A stretch of 57,672 bases of DNA, from the NCBI GenBank assembly GCA_018813505.1, contig JAHJBM010000056.1:1-57672 (forward strand), given 5' to 3'. The notes beneath the pieces are model-generated. The model ran no database searches and had not been told where the DNA came from. It saw only the letters and a program-made list of their open reading frames with translations. How positions within the stretch are numbered: position 1 is the first letter of the stretch; each line of letters opens with the position of its first letter. Source of the stretch: Candidatus Micrarchaeota archaeon (GTDB lineage: Archaea; Micrarchaeota; Micrarchaeia; Anstonellales; Bilamarchaeaceae). This document shows positions 8,356-18,660 of this stretch, piece after piece. A program made the translations under genes and the position numbers.

Positions 8356-11300
8356 TCAATCAATTATAGTGCAATTTATATCATACTCTCTTATATTTAC
8401 GACCTGCATTCCACAGAAGCTTGATATCGTTTGTATATCTGAGAAATCTCCACCTATACTGCAATCTGCGTTCGGATCCCCTGTTTTTGGGAATACTATT
8501 GGTTTGTTTATGGGATGTATCGATGATTTTTTTGAATAGCTATATGTTATTCCTGTGGTTTCATCGAGTAGGCAGCATTTATCTGGCTTTGAAAGCCCGC
8601 CAACGACGTCAAGATAAAGCTCAGAACCTACATCTGCCATTGATCCGGATATCGTTTCAGTTGTACTGTTCAAATATGTTTTCGTACATACATAATTTCC
8701 AGGTATCTCATTGCACAATCTGCACGGTTCCAATATTGTATTGTCAGGACATTTATACTGTACTCCTGCCTCAACACTATCAGGTAGTGTACAAAGTTCT
8801 CCATTCTCACAGGTCATTTCACAACTGCCCGGAGTTTCTACCTCGAGGCTATTGCATCGTGTGCAGTTTATCGATGTAAGTGCTGGTATTTCAGCAAACA
8901 TCGCCATTGGTGGACTTGCAGACATCATTCCCATTGCCTGTTGGAATGCACAGAACTTTTCATCTTTTATGCCCACGCCAGCATCAACATCCACCAATCC
9001 TGTTGATCCACTACCACTTTCATCGGTTGTCCTGACTGGTGAATATATTATCCCTATTATCCCTGACTTGATGAAGTCATCTTGTTTAAGTATCATATTT
9101 ACAAATATGTTCTCATAGTCTGCCCTATCAAAAACAGGGTAATTCTCAAGATTGAATCCTACTACCATTGTCGGTTTTCCTTTTGTTTGCAGTGCTATTC
9201 GGCCATATGATTCAAGATCCTCAGCAATCGCATTACCTCCGAAAAAAATTACCGGGCGTTCAGATGCCCTATAATCAAACGTTACAAGATCGATGTTGAA
9301 ATAGATTCTTGGGTCAGCTAGCACCGATACTACTGAATCTCTGAAGCTTTCATTTGTTAATGGGTTATCAACGTGGAATGCAACAAGACACCCAACACAT
9401 TTGCTTCTTACAATTGCAGATCGTTGTGCGATTTGTTCTATATCCTCAGCAGTTGCCTCACCTTTTATATGGTCTACAATGACTACTGTTGCACCCATAT
9501 TACCGAACAACTTTTCAAAATCATAGTCAAGATATTCATCAGATGCCTCAGTATAAAACAATGAATAGAACCATCCATATTCTTCATAATCCGGATTTTT
9601 CAGATTCCAATTAGTTTCATTACTTATATCAAGAACCGGCATAACTCCTGATTTCATATAGTTGCCCAGTCTCATCTTCATAACTGCGGCATCTGGTGCA
9701 GTTCTTGGCGATCCTTTGCTTCCTATCGAATCCATATATTCATCAATATCTGTGATATGGGGATTATAGCATGAGACACTATCGCTAACTTCTGTACCAT
9801 CTGACCAGCTCCAGTCTGCACTGTACTCTGCATCACATATCAATTCTTCATTCCTGTATTCACTGTCCTGTATGTTTGCAGTAATACCTGGCATGTAAAC
9901 ATCATCCTCTGCCTTTATCTCCTGATATGCGAGTGTTGATGTTGTACATGGATTACACCAGCCATATGTTTTCATCGTTGGCAGATATGTGGCATCATCA
10001 ACTGCGCAGCTGCCAATTCTGCCTGAGGTAGGGTTATATTTGAACAAATAAATGTACTTGCTGAAGAGCATGTTATACTCGGTTTCATAATCGCCGAAAG
10101 CTAATGTATAAATCCACGATCTCCTAAGTTCGCAACTACGTGTGTCTTTCCAATCATTTTCCATTATCCAGTCATATACATTTCTTTCACTTAACGATTG
10201 GGGGGCGAGAGAGCTGACAAATAAACTTCGCCTTCCTTCCCATGAAAAAATGTCCGTTACTCCCTTGCTATAGCTCACCACCCACGGGATCGAAGCGATT
10301 ATTGGATCATAAACATTCATGATCCCTCCGCATCCATCGCTGAATCCATTTTGCGTCATTCCTTCGACATTATCAAGGAAATATGGTGCAAATGCTTCCA
10401 TGAGGGTATCCCATGTCTGGTCTCCTTGAGAGTTTATTTGTAATCTTATGTAATCATCTGTATTGATTGTTCCAGTATCCGCGGCACTGCATGGTGCTGG
10501 TCCGGTGGCAGTACAATAAGCACTACATTCTTCTGCAAGTACATCTCCTTCATCATCATCATATGCTGGTGCACATGTATCTGCACATCCTGTGTCACAT
10601 TCCCAGCTACCATCCTGTTCAGGAAGCGAGAACGTGCTGGTGTGATCCATATCACAGTTTTTCACCACATACATATCCTCAAATTCATCAGGGCTTGCTA
10701 TTGCATATCCTATTATCGTATCGCCCATGTAAGTTACTGTATCCTGCCCTATTCTTCCAAAGAACACTGCACCACCTATTGGTGGTTGGTATGTGGATTC
10801 ATCAACCATTGAACACACTACAAAATCTTCACCATCATTTTCGCCATAGTCTTGCGGGCAGTCCCTTCTTTGTGTCAGATACGTATCAATATTGTATGGG
10901 GTGTGACTGATAATTCTTGTTGAGAATACTGTGCTTCTTGGTCCTGTTACCCAATCACTATCAGTAAATTCGTTCCAGTATCCTTCAAGTTCTTCCATCT
11001 TGTCATCGTCCATGAAATCCTCAAGCTCATACAATGGATTTCTGCCGCCTTCAACATGTGCAAACCCAACATCGACTTCAGCATAATCTATTGTTGGCGG
11101 CATTGTAGGATTTGGCTGGATAATATTTGTGGTTGGTGCACAGACTATTCTTGTCCTTCCATTTACATCCGTAATTTTGTTGCAATCAACCACCACTTCG
11201 GTTAGTGTTTCTCCCTCATCTGCACTATATCTTACGAATACTCCTCTGTTATATATACTCACATCACAGTTTCCAGAATAACACTCTGATTTACCGGCAT

Positions 11301-12312
11301 CACACTCAAAAGGTGCTCTTGTTGTTTCACCGCCAATGCCATAAATATCTCTTGCGTGTGCAACTGCAAGATTTCGTTTATAAAATCCAATGTCCAGTTC
11401 CTTATAAACGCTTTCAGGATTGAAATATTCATCACTATATGTGTAAAATCCCCCATCGTCAGCTACCCATTCTGCTTGATAATCAACATTTCCATGATGC
11501 GATAGATTGTAGCTTGACTGATCTGGCATTAATGTATCATACGTTATATCTCCAACCTCTGGCAGCGTACTTGACCTCTCGCCAGAGCTTTCAGAAAATT
11601 CAAAAGGTGCGGGTATATCGGAGTCATCAAGGCAATTTTCATCTATGTCAGATATCGGATCGAATTCGAGTCTGTCTGCACCTATATAATTCATATATCT
11701 ATCAACCCTTAGATCGTCTTCACTTCTTGGTGGATTGATATTGCAGAATTTGTCAGACATCGGGAAGTAATATTTATACTGGTCATATTCATTGAATGAG
11801 CCACCAACTCCCATTCTGAATACATTTATCGCTGATTTTGAATTTTTCATTACCTGCCTTAATTTTGCATCCATAGGAAGGAATCTGCACTGTGCCTTGT
11901 AGAACTGTGTTGTTATTCCTTCTTCAGTATCGGGCGGAATATCACCTGAAGAATCCTCTACACTTATGAATCCTGGTGCAACTCTTGGAGTGTATTTGTA
12001 GTCCCCACAAACCATGGCAGTACACTCTGGTGCTATGCAGGTTACAAGATCATCCTGTGTACATATCGGTATAAGATATTCGGTGCCTTCTATATCTACC
12101 TTGCAGTTGTCCGTCGTATCCTGTTCCTCATTGTCACATTCGCCTATTGTTGAACCAGTATAATCATATTCTAGGAAGTCTGTGGTGTTATAAAGTACAC
12201 ATCCATCCTCTATATTGTCTTTTAGACAACATCCCAATTTTGTTACTGGTTTTATGCATCCGGCGGCAATAATCAGCACAACAACCAGAATTGCAAATGT
12301 GAGTTTTTTCAT
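8356..12312 (-). CDS. giant (1318 aa) acidic, cysteine-rich secreted/lipoprotein-like protein, function unknown
   Basis: Signal peptide with lipobox-like end (MKKLTFAILVVVLIIAAG-C). I counted about 51 Cys. No further TM segment. An alternating beta/alpha-looking central segment (ATVVIVDH..CLVAFHV..LVTFDY..TMVVGFNL..IIGIIYSP). C-terminal CxxC-rich module. Confidence 0.85.
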   Translation of the reverse strand: MKKLTFAILVVVLIIAAGCIKPVTKLGCCLKDNIEDGCVLYNTTDFLEYDYTGSTIGECDNEEQDTTDNCKVDIEGTEYLIPICTQDDLVTCIAPECTAMVCGDYKYTPRVAPGFISVEDSSGDIPPDTEEGITTQFYKAQCRFLPMDAKLRQVMKNSKSAINVFRMGVGGSFNEYDQYKYYFPMSDKFCNINPPRSEDDLRVDRYMNYIGADRLEFDPISDIDENCLDDSDIPAPFEFSESSGERSSTLPEVGDITYDTLMPDQSSYNLSHHGNVDYQAEWVADDGGFYTYSDEYFNPESVYKELDIGFYKRNLAVAHARDIYGIGGETTRAPFECDAGKSECYSGNCDVSIYNRGVFVRYSADEGETLTEVVVDCNKITDVNGRTRIVCAPTTNIIQPNPTMPPTIDYAEVDVGFAHVEGGRNPLYELEDFMDDDKMEELEGYWNEFTDSDWVTGPRSTVFSTRIISHTPYNIDTYLTQRRDCPQDYGENDGEDFVVCSMVDESTYQPPIGGAVFFGRIGQDTVTYMGDTIIGYAIASPDEFEDMYVVKNCDMDHTSTFSLPEQDGSWECDTGCADTCAPAYDDDEGDVLAEECSAYCTATGPAPCSAADTGTINTDDYIRLQINSQGDQTWDTLMEAFAPYFLDNVEGMTQNGFSDGCGGIMNVYDPIIASIPWVVSYSKGVTDIFSWEGRRSLFVSSLAPQSLSERNVYDWIMENDWKDTRSCELRRSWIYTLAFGDYETEYNMLFSKYIYLFKYNPTSGRIGSCAVDDATYLPTMKTYGWCNPCTTSTLAYQEIKAEDDVYMPGITANIQDSEYRNEELICDAEYSADWSWSDGTEVSDSVSCYNPHITDIDEYMDSIGSKGSPRTAPDAAVMKMRLGNYMKSGVMPVLDISNETNWNLKNPDYEEYGWFYSLFYTEASDEYLDYDFEKLFGNMGATVVIVDHIKGEATAEDIEQIAQRSAIVRSKCVGCLVAFHVDNPLTNESFRDSVVSVLADPRIYFNIDLVTFDYRASERPVIFFGGNAIAEDLESYGRIALQTKGKPTMVVGFNLENYPVFDRADYENIFVNMILKQDDFIKSGIIGIIYSPVRTTDESGSGSTGLVDVDAGVGIKDEKFCAFQQAMGMMSASPPMAMFAEIPALTSINCTRCNSLEVETPGSCEMTCENGELCTLPDSVEAGVQYKCPDNTILEPCRLCNEIPGNYVCTKTYLNSTTETISGSMADVGSELYLDVVGGLSKPDKCCLLDETTGITYSYSKKSSIHPINKPIVFPKTGDPNADCSIGGDFSDIQTISSFCGMQVVNIREYDINCTIID

Positions 12313-12407
12313 TATATCCCTTTTTCGATCATCAATTCATTCCTTTGATATCAGCGCATTTCTTATCTATTTTCTTTCTTCACTCAATTCATCATTACAT
12401 CCCTTGC

Positions 12408-13457
12408 TCATACTACCTTACTAACCATTCTTGTGAGCTCATATGTATCTCCTCCAAGTATTGTCATCATGTATTTTACAAAAACCATTGTAAGGAAAAA
12501 TGCTATAAGTGGATGCATTATGAGTGCAATATAGGATTTTGATAAGCCCTCACGCGAGGCCGAAAGCGAGAGTCCGACATTGCTTCCGAGTCCTGCACTC
12601 TCTACTGTCTTTAGTATTGTTACTGCATTTGACATTGTTGCATAACAGAATGGTTGCTGTTGTGGTTCTGCAGTTGCTGGTGGGGGTGGTGAAGCTACAA
12701 ATCCCGGATCAAGCAGCACAAAAAATATTGGAAAAATGAAATACATTCCTATTCCTAGGGCAAGGAACAACGCGCCCGGACCACGTGTGAAATAAAAACT
12801 CCGCAACAATATGCCAATAGGTATGAAGATACTGAGCATATTTGTTTGCAGATACTGCAGAAGTATCGATTGTGCATTCAATGCTATCAATAGAACAGTT
12901 GAAAGGTTATTTATTATTCTATTTATCTCTGTTTTTTTGTATAGTGTTGGAAGCCAGTCTCCTTTGAAAACAGTTATGCCAAAAAGACTTACTGCAAGAT
13001 TAAGTGAAAAATAATCCCAATATGTATCTGTATTTACTCTATCCTGTATTGCTGCCACTGCAACTGCTCTTTCCTGTAATCTGCATCTTATGGCATCATA
13101 TGCATCATCCATTGTTGTTTCCGGGTGATCTATGTCTTCGCCTATATGTATTGGTGTTGTTCCGCAATCAACTGTACCGCCTATAAACTGCTGTGACAAA
13201 ACCATAGTGCCTTCAACAATTCCTACAAGGAATATTGCCATAAAAGCAGTTGCCATAGTCTGAAGCATTTCTGATTTTGCAAATGCCTCAACTTCTCTAA
13301 GTGAAAATGCCCTTGCAATCATCAGGAAAATATTGTAAATTATCAGTGCTGTGATGACTGCCATAATACACAATGGCAACCAACCGGCCATCCATGTGGC
13401 ACCGTTATCGCCAAAGAAACTTTGGATTGAAATTATCGGGACGACAGCATCGATCAT
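12408..13457 (-). CDS. paralogous 5-TM membrane protein MP1 (349 aa), unknown family
   Basis: Shares family motifs EAFAKSE, FIPIGILLRSFYFTRGPGALFLALGIGMYFIFP and the C-terminal tail LGGDTYELTRMVSKVV. Confidence 0.85.
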   Translation of the reverse strand: MIDAVVPIISIQSFFGDNGATWMAGWLPLCIMAVITALIIYNIFLMIARAFSLREVEAFAKSEMLQTMATAFMAIFLVGIVEGTMVLSQQFIGGTVDCGTTPIHIGEDIDHPETTMDDAYDAIRCRLQERAVAVAAIQDRVNTDTYWDYFSLNLAVSLFGITVFKGDWLPTLYKKTEINRIINNLSTVLLIALNAQSILLQYLQTNMLSIFIPIGILLRSFYFTRGPGALFLALGIGMYFIFPIFFVLLDPGFVASPPPPATAEPQQQPFCYATMSNAVTILKTVESAGLGSNVGLSLSASREGLSKSYIALIMHPLIAFFLTMVFVKYMMTILGGDTYELTRMVSKVV

Positions 13458-13482
13458 GTCATCATCCTCGCCATTATAATCA

Positions 13483-14544
13483 TCATATCATCCTCGTTAT
13501 TCTGCTCAAATCTATCTCCTCGCCGTACAATCTTGCTATGTAGGATATGCTTGCTATTGTAGCGAGCATTGCCACGCTTGGCATAAATACTGCGGCTATG
13601 AATGCGTATGCAGCAAAACTTATGGCTTCAATATATCTGTCTTCACCTGGGAAATACTTCTCATATATATAATCTGCGCCTGCAAATGCGGCTCCTGTGC
13701 TTGAACCTGCTGCGCCTGATTCAGCTTCATCAGGGAAGACCTTTTCATTATAATTCATAGATGGATCAGAGAGATAATCCCCTTCTCTATTGACGAGTAC
13801 GTCTCCCATCAGATAAAATATGGAAAGCATAACAGGATAAACAACCAGGAAACATATCGCCATTGTTATAAGGAGCGATCCAAATGATCTCATGTATGGC
13901 ATTGCTCTCAGGAAGACTCCAAGCGGAAGGAATAGAAACACAAATCCTTTGTAAACAAATATGAGAATAAAAAGAAAGTTTAGTGCAGAGAAATACGATA
14001 TTATTGATGAATTGAAAAAGATGTTAAGTGCAGCTACTTTTGCACCATAACCTCCAAGTGGTTGTTGGTTCTCGCCAGAATACCCAAACAAACAACCCCA
14101 TCCTATTGATCCTGTGCTGAAATCGCAGATAAAGGCATTCAGGTAACCGAGCACTGTGTAGGCCTGAAGGTGATATCTTGTGGCAATCAGGGCATTGTGA
14201 GAATATATTGCAGCTTCTTCCAGATAGGTGGATGCGGCATCATAAACATCAACATGTTCTGTTGGCGCGCTTGTTGTTATGTCAAAAATGCCTGCAACTT
14301 CATTCATATTTATTGAACAAAGCGTATTTATGATTGTGATAAGAAAAAATATTGTGAATAATGATACTACTATTTGAATTGATTCTGTCTTTGCCCACAA
14401 TGTTAGTTTTGGATTTGAAATGGCCCTGCCTACCATGAATGAAAGCGCTATGATTATTGCGGTTGTTATGCTGGCATATGCTATTAGAGGTAGTATAGTA
14501 TCATTGAAAAAATTTGTGAAAATTATGTTACATACGTCTGCCAT
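13483..14544 (-). CDS. paralogous 5-TM membrane protein MP2 (353 aa), unknown family
   Basis: Motifs ISNPKLTLWAKTE, FLPLGVFLRAMPYMRSFGSLLITMAICFLVVYP and tail YGEEIDLSRITRMI. Its start overlaps the MP3 stop (TAATG). Confidence 0.85.
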   Translation of the reverse strand: MADVCNIIFTNFFNDTILPLIAYASITTAIIIALSFMVGRAISNPKLTLWAKTESIQIVVSLFTIFFLITIINTLCSINMNEVAGIFDITTSAPTEHVDVYDAASTYLEEAAIYSHNALIATRYHLQAYTVLGYLNAFICDFSTGSIGWGCLFGYSGENQQPLGGYGAKVAALNIFFNSSIISYFSALNFLFILIFVYKGFVFLFLPLGVFLRAMPYMRSFGSLLITMAICFLVVYPVMLSIFYLMGDVLVNREGDYLSDPSMNYNEKVFPDEAESGAAGSSTGAAFAGADYIYEKYFPGEDRYIEAISFAAYAFIAAVFMPSVAMLATIASISYIARLYGEEIDLSRITRMI

Positions 14545-15548
14545 TATACGAACCTCGATATTGCGCTTATATCTATTTCTGCACCTGCCAAGGATGTGAT
14601 TGCCTTTATGCTTGCAGCAACAAGCAGTAGTGATATTACTGGTCCAAGTGTTGCCCTCACCAGGGCAGTGTAGATATACTTACGTATGTCTGACCGTAAG
14701 CCTCGATATGCTTCTTTTGCATTGTCCTCATTTCCAGTTGTTGTTAGTGATGCGGCATCTCCTGCATTACACTCCGCTATATTTGCTGTTGGTGCTGCTG
14801 GTCCATATACTAATTCTGCATCAAACTCATCATCGTCATCAAGGAATGTTGCGGCCATCATTTCATTGAATATGATACCTGCCGGAAGCATTATGTATAA
14901 TGCAACCCCTAGTGCAATAAGCAATCCACCAGCTCCCCTCGTGAATTTCACCGTCCTTAATACTATGCCTAACGGAAGGAGCAGATTAAGTGCAAACTCT
15001 TTTGTTATCTGGATAAGTCTCTTCATTGCACTCAATTCCCCAATTGAAAATCCTACAATATTACCTGCGATTGAAAGTGGAGCAGCTAGTACAGTATAAC
15101 CCCCACAACCGCTGACAGTATATCCCATTCCCATTATGCTACATTGTGATGACTTAGATGCTTCCCTTGATATCTGTAAATCATAAGAACTTATCTGATC
15201 CATTATTTCTCCACTATCGTCTATAATATCATCAATAATTAGTGTTGCTGCATCCTGCATTGTTGCGGATCCTTGTGCGAGTCCTTCGTTTGTTGAGATG
15301 CTGTTTAGGATACTGTCACCGCCTACTAATGTTGCAAGAAGGAGTCCAAAAACAATTAGCTGTACTAGTTCTTCCTTTGCCATCATTTGCATTTCATTTA
15401 ATCCAAAGCCAAATCCTACCATATATATAACTGCAAGTAATCCTGCTGATATGCCAAATGCAAGAAGTGCAATGTTCTGCCATGCTGCAAATGCCATTGG
15501 CACCATGAACAAAAATATCAATAAAAACAACATCGTGCGCTTCATCAA
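14544..15548 (-). CDS. paralogous 5-TM membrane protein MP3 (334 aa) with signal peptide, unknown family
   Basis: Signal-peptide-like N-terminus ending MAFA-AW. Motifs MQMMAKEE, LLPLGIVLRTVKFTRGAGGLLIALGVALYIMLP and tail AGAEIDISAISRFV. 4-nt overlap with MP4. Confidence 0.85.
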   Translation of the reverse strand: MMKRTMLFLLIFLFMVPMAFAAWQNIALLAFGISAGLLAVIYMVGFGFGLNEMQMMAKEELVQLIVFGLLLATLVGGDSILNSISTNEGLAQGSATMQDAATLIIDDIIDDSGEIMDQISSYDLQISREASKSSQCSIMGMGYTVSGCGGYTVLAAPLSIAGNIVGFSIGELSAMKRLIQITKEFALNLLLPLGIVLRTVKFTRGAGGLLIALGVALYIMLPAGIIFNEMMAATFLDDDDEFDAELVYGPAAPTANIAECNAGDAASLTTTGNEDNAKEAYRGLRSDIRKYIYTALVRATLGPVISLLLVAASIKAITSLAGAEIDISAISRFV

Positions 15549-17662
15549 AACACCTTAGATATTCCTGGGATTTCTATGTCCCCTCCGAGTATGGTTGAAA
15601 GTCCTTTGATAAATACCAATGTCGCTACAATATTGAACAATGGAAGCAGGTATATTGGAAGTATCAATTTAGCGATGTTCTTTATTCCCTCTCTACCAAC
15701 CAAGCCATCTTCACCTATGTTCATATAACTTCCAGCATCCTTTATGGGTGCATTATCCGGTGGTTTGCAGATATCTGCGCATTGGGTTTGGATTGGTGGA
15801 TCATATGCATATGATTCTTCAGCAAACAAACACATTTCGCACGAGCTTCTTGGAACTACTACTCTATACTCGCCAGGACACAAATCAAGTGAGCACCCAT
15901 CTGTTGTGTATTCTTCTGGTAATGATGGGGTTACAATTCGTTTTTCAGCTGGGCAAGCACTACACATTCCTTCAGGCACGGTAATCTCAAGTATGTCATG
16001 TTTCCTTACCTTACAACTGTTAGGGCAGTTCATACATGCTTCTGAAAACACTGTTCCTGTTTCGTCCTTGCAATCATCAGGTAGTTGATCAAAATCTACT
16101 TGGTCTTCTTCAGTATAATTTGGGTTGTTATCTATCCTGCAATAGGCCGGGCAATTCCCGCATATTGCCTCGTCATTGCATGTGCCTATTTCAGGTATCA
16201 CATATGCACATGATTGTTCTGCAACTAGGTTCACTGGGCAATTCTGTGCAATTAAACATTCATGATAATTTCCTGCATCTTCATTTGGCGTAGGCCACCA
16301 TGTGAGCGAACTACCCAATTCGCTTCCAGTTCTTTTGTATACTCTGCAATCATATCTTGACTCAAGGCAGTCATCAACATCACAATTACTTCTTAATGGT
16401 GGAACTACCTTGCACATTGATGGGCATTTATTATAGGTATCATTGTCAAAACTTGAAGCTTCAGTATTCACATAACGCACAACTTTGCAGTTCTCGTTTA
16501 AGTGTGCACAATCCCTTTCAACTGTCGAAGTATTAAGGCACACTACTGCATTATATGGATAAGGTAGTGCTCTGCACACTGATGGGCAATCCTCTTCACT
16601 ATATTCATAATAACACGAGAAGACTAATGTGCCATCGCGGCCAGCTGTCGATTCCAGGCTGCCTTCTATTAGTTCTTTTGCTGCAGCTGCGTTATCCTCA
16701 GGTAATGCGGCATATATCTCTTGTACGGTTTCAAGTTTTTCTCCATCTGCTTTATACGCAAGTGGTGGGGCTGCTTTGCATTCATCAGGACAATAGACAT
16801 TTTCATCTTCCATTGCCTTATCACCTGTCATGGCCATATCAAGTGTAACCCAGTCAAAAATGTACATGCCAGGTAAGAAGAACATTATGCCTGCTGCAAC
16901 TGCAATAAGAAGTCCGCCTAGTTTTCTTGTAAAATAAAATGTTCTGGCAATAATGCCCAAGGCAAGTATTATCGGTCCCATCTTAAACGATATCTGGTTT
17001 ACAAAGAACCGTTGCGCTTCCATGAAAGATAATAGGTTTGTATAGTACTCAAACATTATGGCATACATATCCATGTCCAGCACATACTGCCCTGCCATCG
17101 TAGTTGTGAGTCCGAGTTGTAAACAATATATTGTCAGGCAGTTAAGTCCCATCCTTCTGTTTGCCCATGAGGCCGCATCGATATTGTTTATTAGAACACT
17201 TCTTGCTCCTGTTTTTGCAGTTTCAATATAATCATACAAATACGCATCTGTGACATTTCTTAGACAGCTTCCTCCAGGTACACTACATTCAGGTATATTT
17301 AGCCCGCTTGTCATTACCATTGCAGAAACTATGGTATCTACAAATCCTATGGCAACTATGAACATCAGGATTATTACAGCATTTGCAAATATCTGGCCAA
17401 GTTCATTTCCTGCCCATGCTTTTATTTCAGGCATTTCCATTCCAGTTCCTACTGCATATGCAATAGCAACCAATATGCACGATATAATCAGTGCAATCAC
17501 AGCAAGCGCTTGCCAGTTTTTTATTATTTCAAGTGGTGATCCTTCGGTCTCACCTTCTATTCCAGAAGTCGCATTCTGAAACTGCGTTTGAGTATATGTG
17601 TTTGCAAAGCAGAGCGTTATGAACAACGTCAGGAATATAAGAAGCAGTATTGGTTTTTTCAT
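15545..17662 (-). CDS. paralogous membrane protein MP4 (705 aa) carrying a ~370-aa, 32-Cys ectodomain insertion
   Basis: Signal peptide MKKPILLLIFLTLFITLCFA. Motifs MPEIKAWAGNE, IILALGIIARTFYFTRKLGGLLIAVAAGIMFFLP and tail LGGDIEIPGISKVF. The Cys-rich insert lies in the loop after TM4. Confidence 0.85.
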   Translation of the reverse strand: MKKPILLLIFLTLFITLCFANTYTQTQFQNATSGIEGETEGSPLEIIKNWQALAVIALIISCILVAIAYAVGTGMEMPEIKAWAGNELGQIFANAVIILMFIVAIGFVDTIVSAMVMTSGLNIPECSVPGGSCLRNVTDAYLYDYIETAKTGARSVLINNIDAASWANRRMGLNCLTIYCLQLGLTTTMAGQYVLDMDMYAIMFEYYTNLLSFMEAQRFFVNQISFKMGPIILALGIIARTFYFTRKLGGLLIAVAAGIMFFLPGMYIFDWVTLDMAMTGDKAMEDENVYCPDECKAAPPLAYKADGEKLETVQEIYAALPEDNAAAAKELIEGSLESTAGRDGTLVFSCYYEYSEEDCPSVCRALPYPYNAVVCLNTSTVERDCAHLNENCKVVRYVNTEASSFDNDTYNKCPSMCKVVPPLRSNCDVDDCLESRYDCRVYKRTGSELGSSLTWWPTPNEDAGNYHECLIAQNCPVNLVAEQSCAYVIPEIGTCNDEAICGNCPAYCRIDNNPNYTEEDQVDFDQLPDDCKDETGTVFSEACMNCPNSCKVRKHDILEITVPEGMCSACPAEKRIVTPSLPEEYTTDGCSLDLCPGEYRVVVPRSSCEMCLFAEESYAYDPPIQTQCADICKPPDNAPIKDAGSYMNIGEDGLVGREGIKNIAKLILPIYLLPLFNIVATLVFIKGLSTILGGDIEIPGISKVF

Positions 17663-18660
17663 CCTAACACCTTCATCGCCTTATTCATCCCACTTAGGAA
17701 CGTTATCAGTACCGCAATAGTTAAATTTGGCAAGAAGAATGCCTGTGGTATAAGTCTTGCAACATTCCAAAAGCTGTTCGGGTTTGTGCATGTGGCTATC
17801 GGATCATCTGAGCAACCATAGCTGTCTATGGTGTTGTCACATGCAACATGCGCATATTCTTCACAGTCATACATCACTAATTCATACATAGTAAGCGTGA
17901 ACACATACATAAACGGTACGAGTATATAAAGTCCGAGTGCCAGGGCAATCATAATATTTCCCATTTGTCGTGTTGGTGGGAATACACGCAATACAAATGC
18001 TACTGGCAATATCCATCTTACCGTATTATCTGTGATAAATCTCAGCGCAAGTTTCTGCATGCTTATACTCATAAGTGAGGGCACAATGAACGTATTGAGT
18101 ATCATATCATATTGGTTTGAGATTATTCTTTTGTATGCCCCACCGCTTACTGTGTATGCATTGAACAGAGGTATTTGTATACTATATGAAAATGTTGAAT
18201 CCATAAGGTATCCAATATAATTGTCTATATATCTTTCAGCCAATCTCTTTGAATCACGATCTATCATATTCATGTAGCACATGGAAACAGAATTCATTTG
18301 AGAGCCTGCATTATAACATGTGGATTCCGCGTCAAAATGTGTGAATATCGATTCATAAAACATGCTCATAGTACTACATGTAAAAAGCACTATTCCGCTA
18401 AAAGCAACCAGCATCAAAAGCGAAAATCCGAGGTGGTAAAGTTCGTCTTTTGCAAAAACAATGTATTTTGGGTCGCTTATAACGTTTCCTAGCATGTAAG
18501 TTCCTGCAATTACAAGTACTGTGAGCATGATCGCTGCAACAATGTTTACTCCTTCTTCGCTTAGCACAATTTCTGTGGCATTATTGATACAACTGCCTGG
18601 GAATACTACTGCGGTTAGAAACAGAACAGCTATTATGATCCTGCATATGGGAATCATCAT
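17659..18660 (-). CDS. paralogous 5-TM membrane protein MP5 (~333 aa) with signal peptide, unknown family
   Basis: Motifs ISDPKYIVFAKDE and ILPVAFVLRVFPPTRQMGNIMIALALGLYILVP. I prefer the start at MMIPICRII (18660), which forms an ATGA overlap with the MP6 stop. The ORF track extends to 18690. Confidence 0.8.
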   Translation of the reverse strand: MMIPICRIIIAVLFLTAVVFPGSCINNATEIVLSEEGVNIVAAIMLTVLVIAGTYMLGNVISDPKYIVFAKDELYHLGFSLLMLVAFSGIVLFTCSTMSMFYESIFTHFDAESTCYNAGSQMNSVSMCYMNMIDRDSKRLAERYIDNYIGYLMDSTFSYSIQIPLFNAYTVSGGAYKRIISNQYDMILNTFIVPSLMSISMQKLALRFITDNTVRWILPVAFVLRVFPPTRQMGNIMIALALGLYILVPFMYVFTLTMYELVMYDCEEYAHVACDNTIDSYGCSDDPIATCTNPNSFWNVARLIPQAFFLPNLTIAVLITFLSGMNKAMKVLG

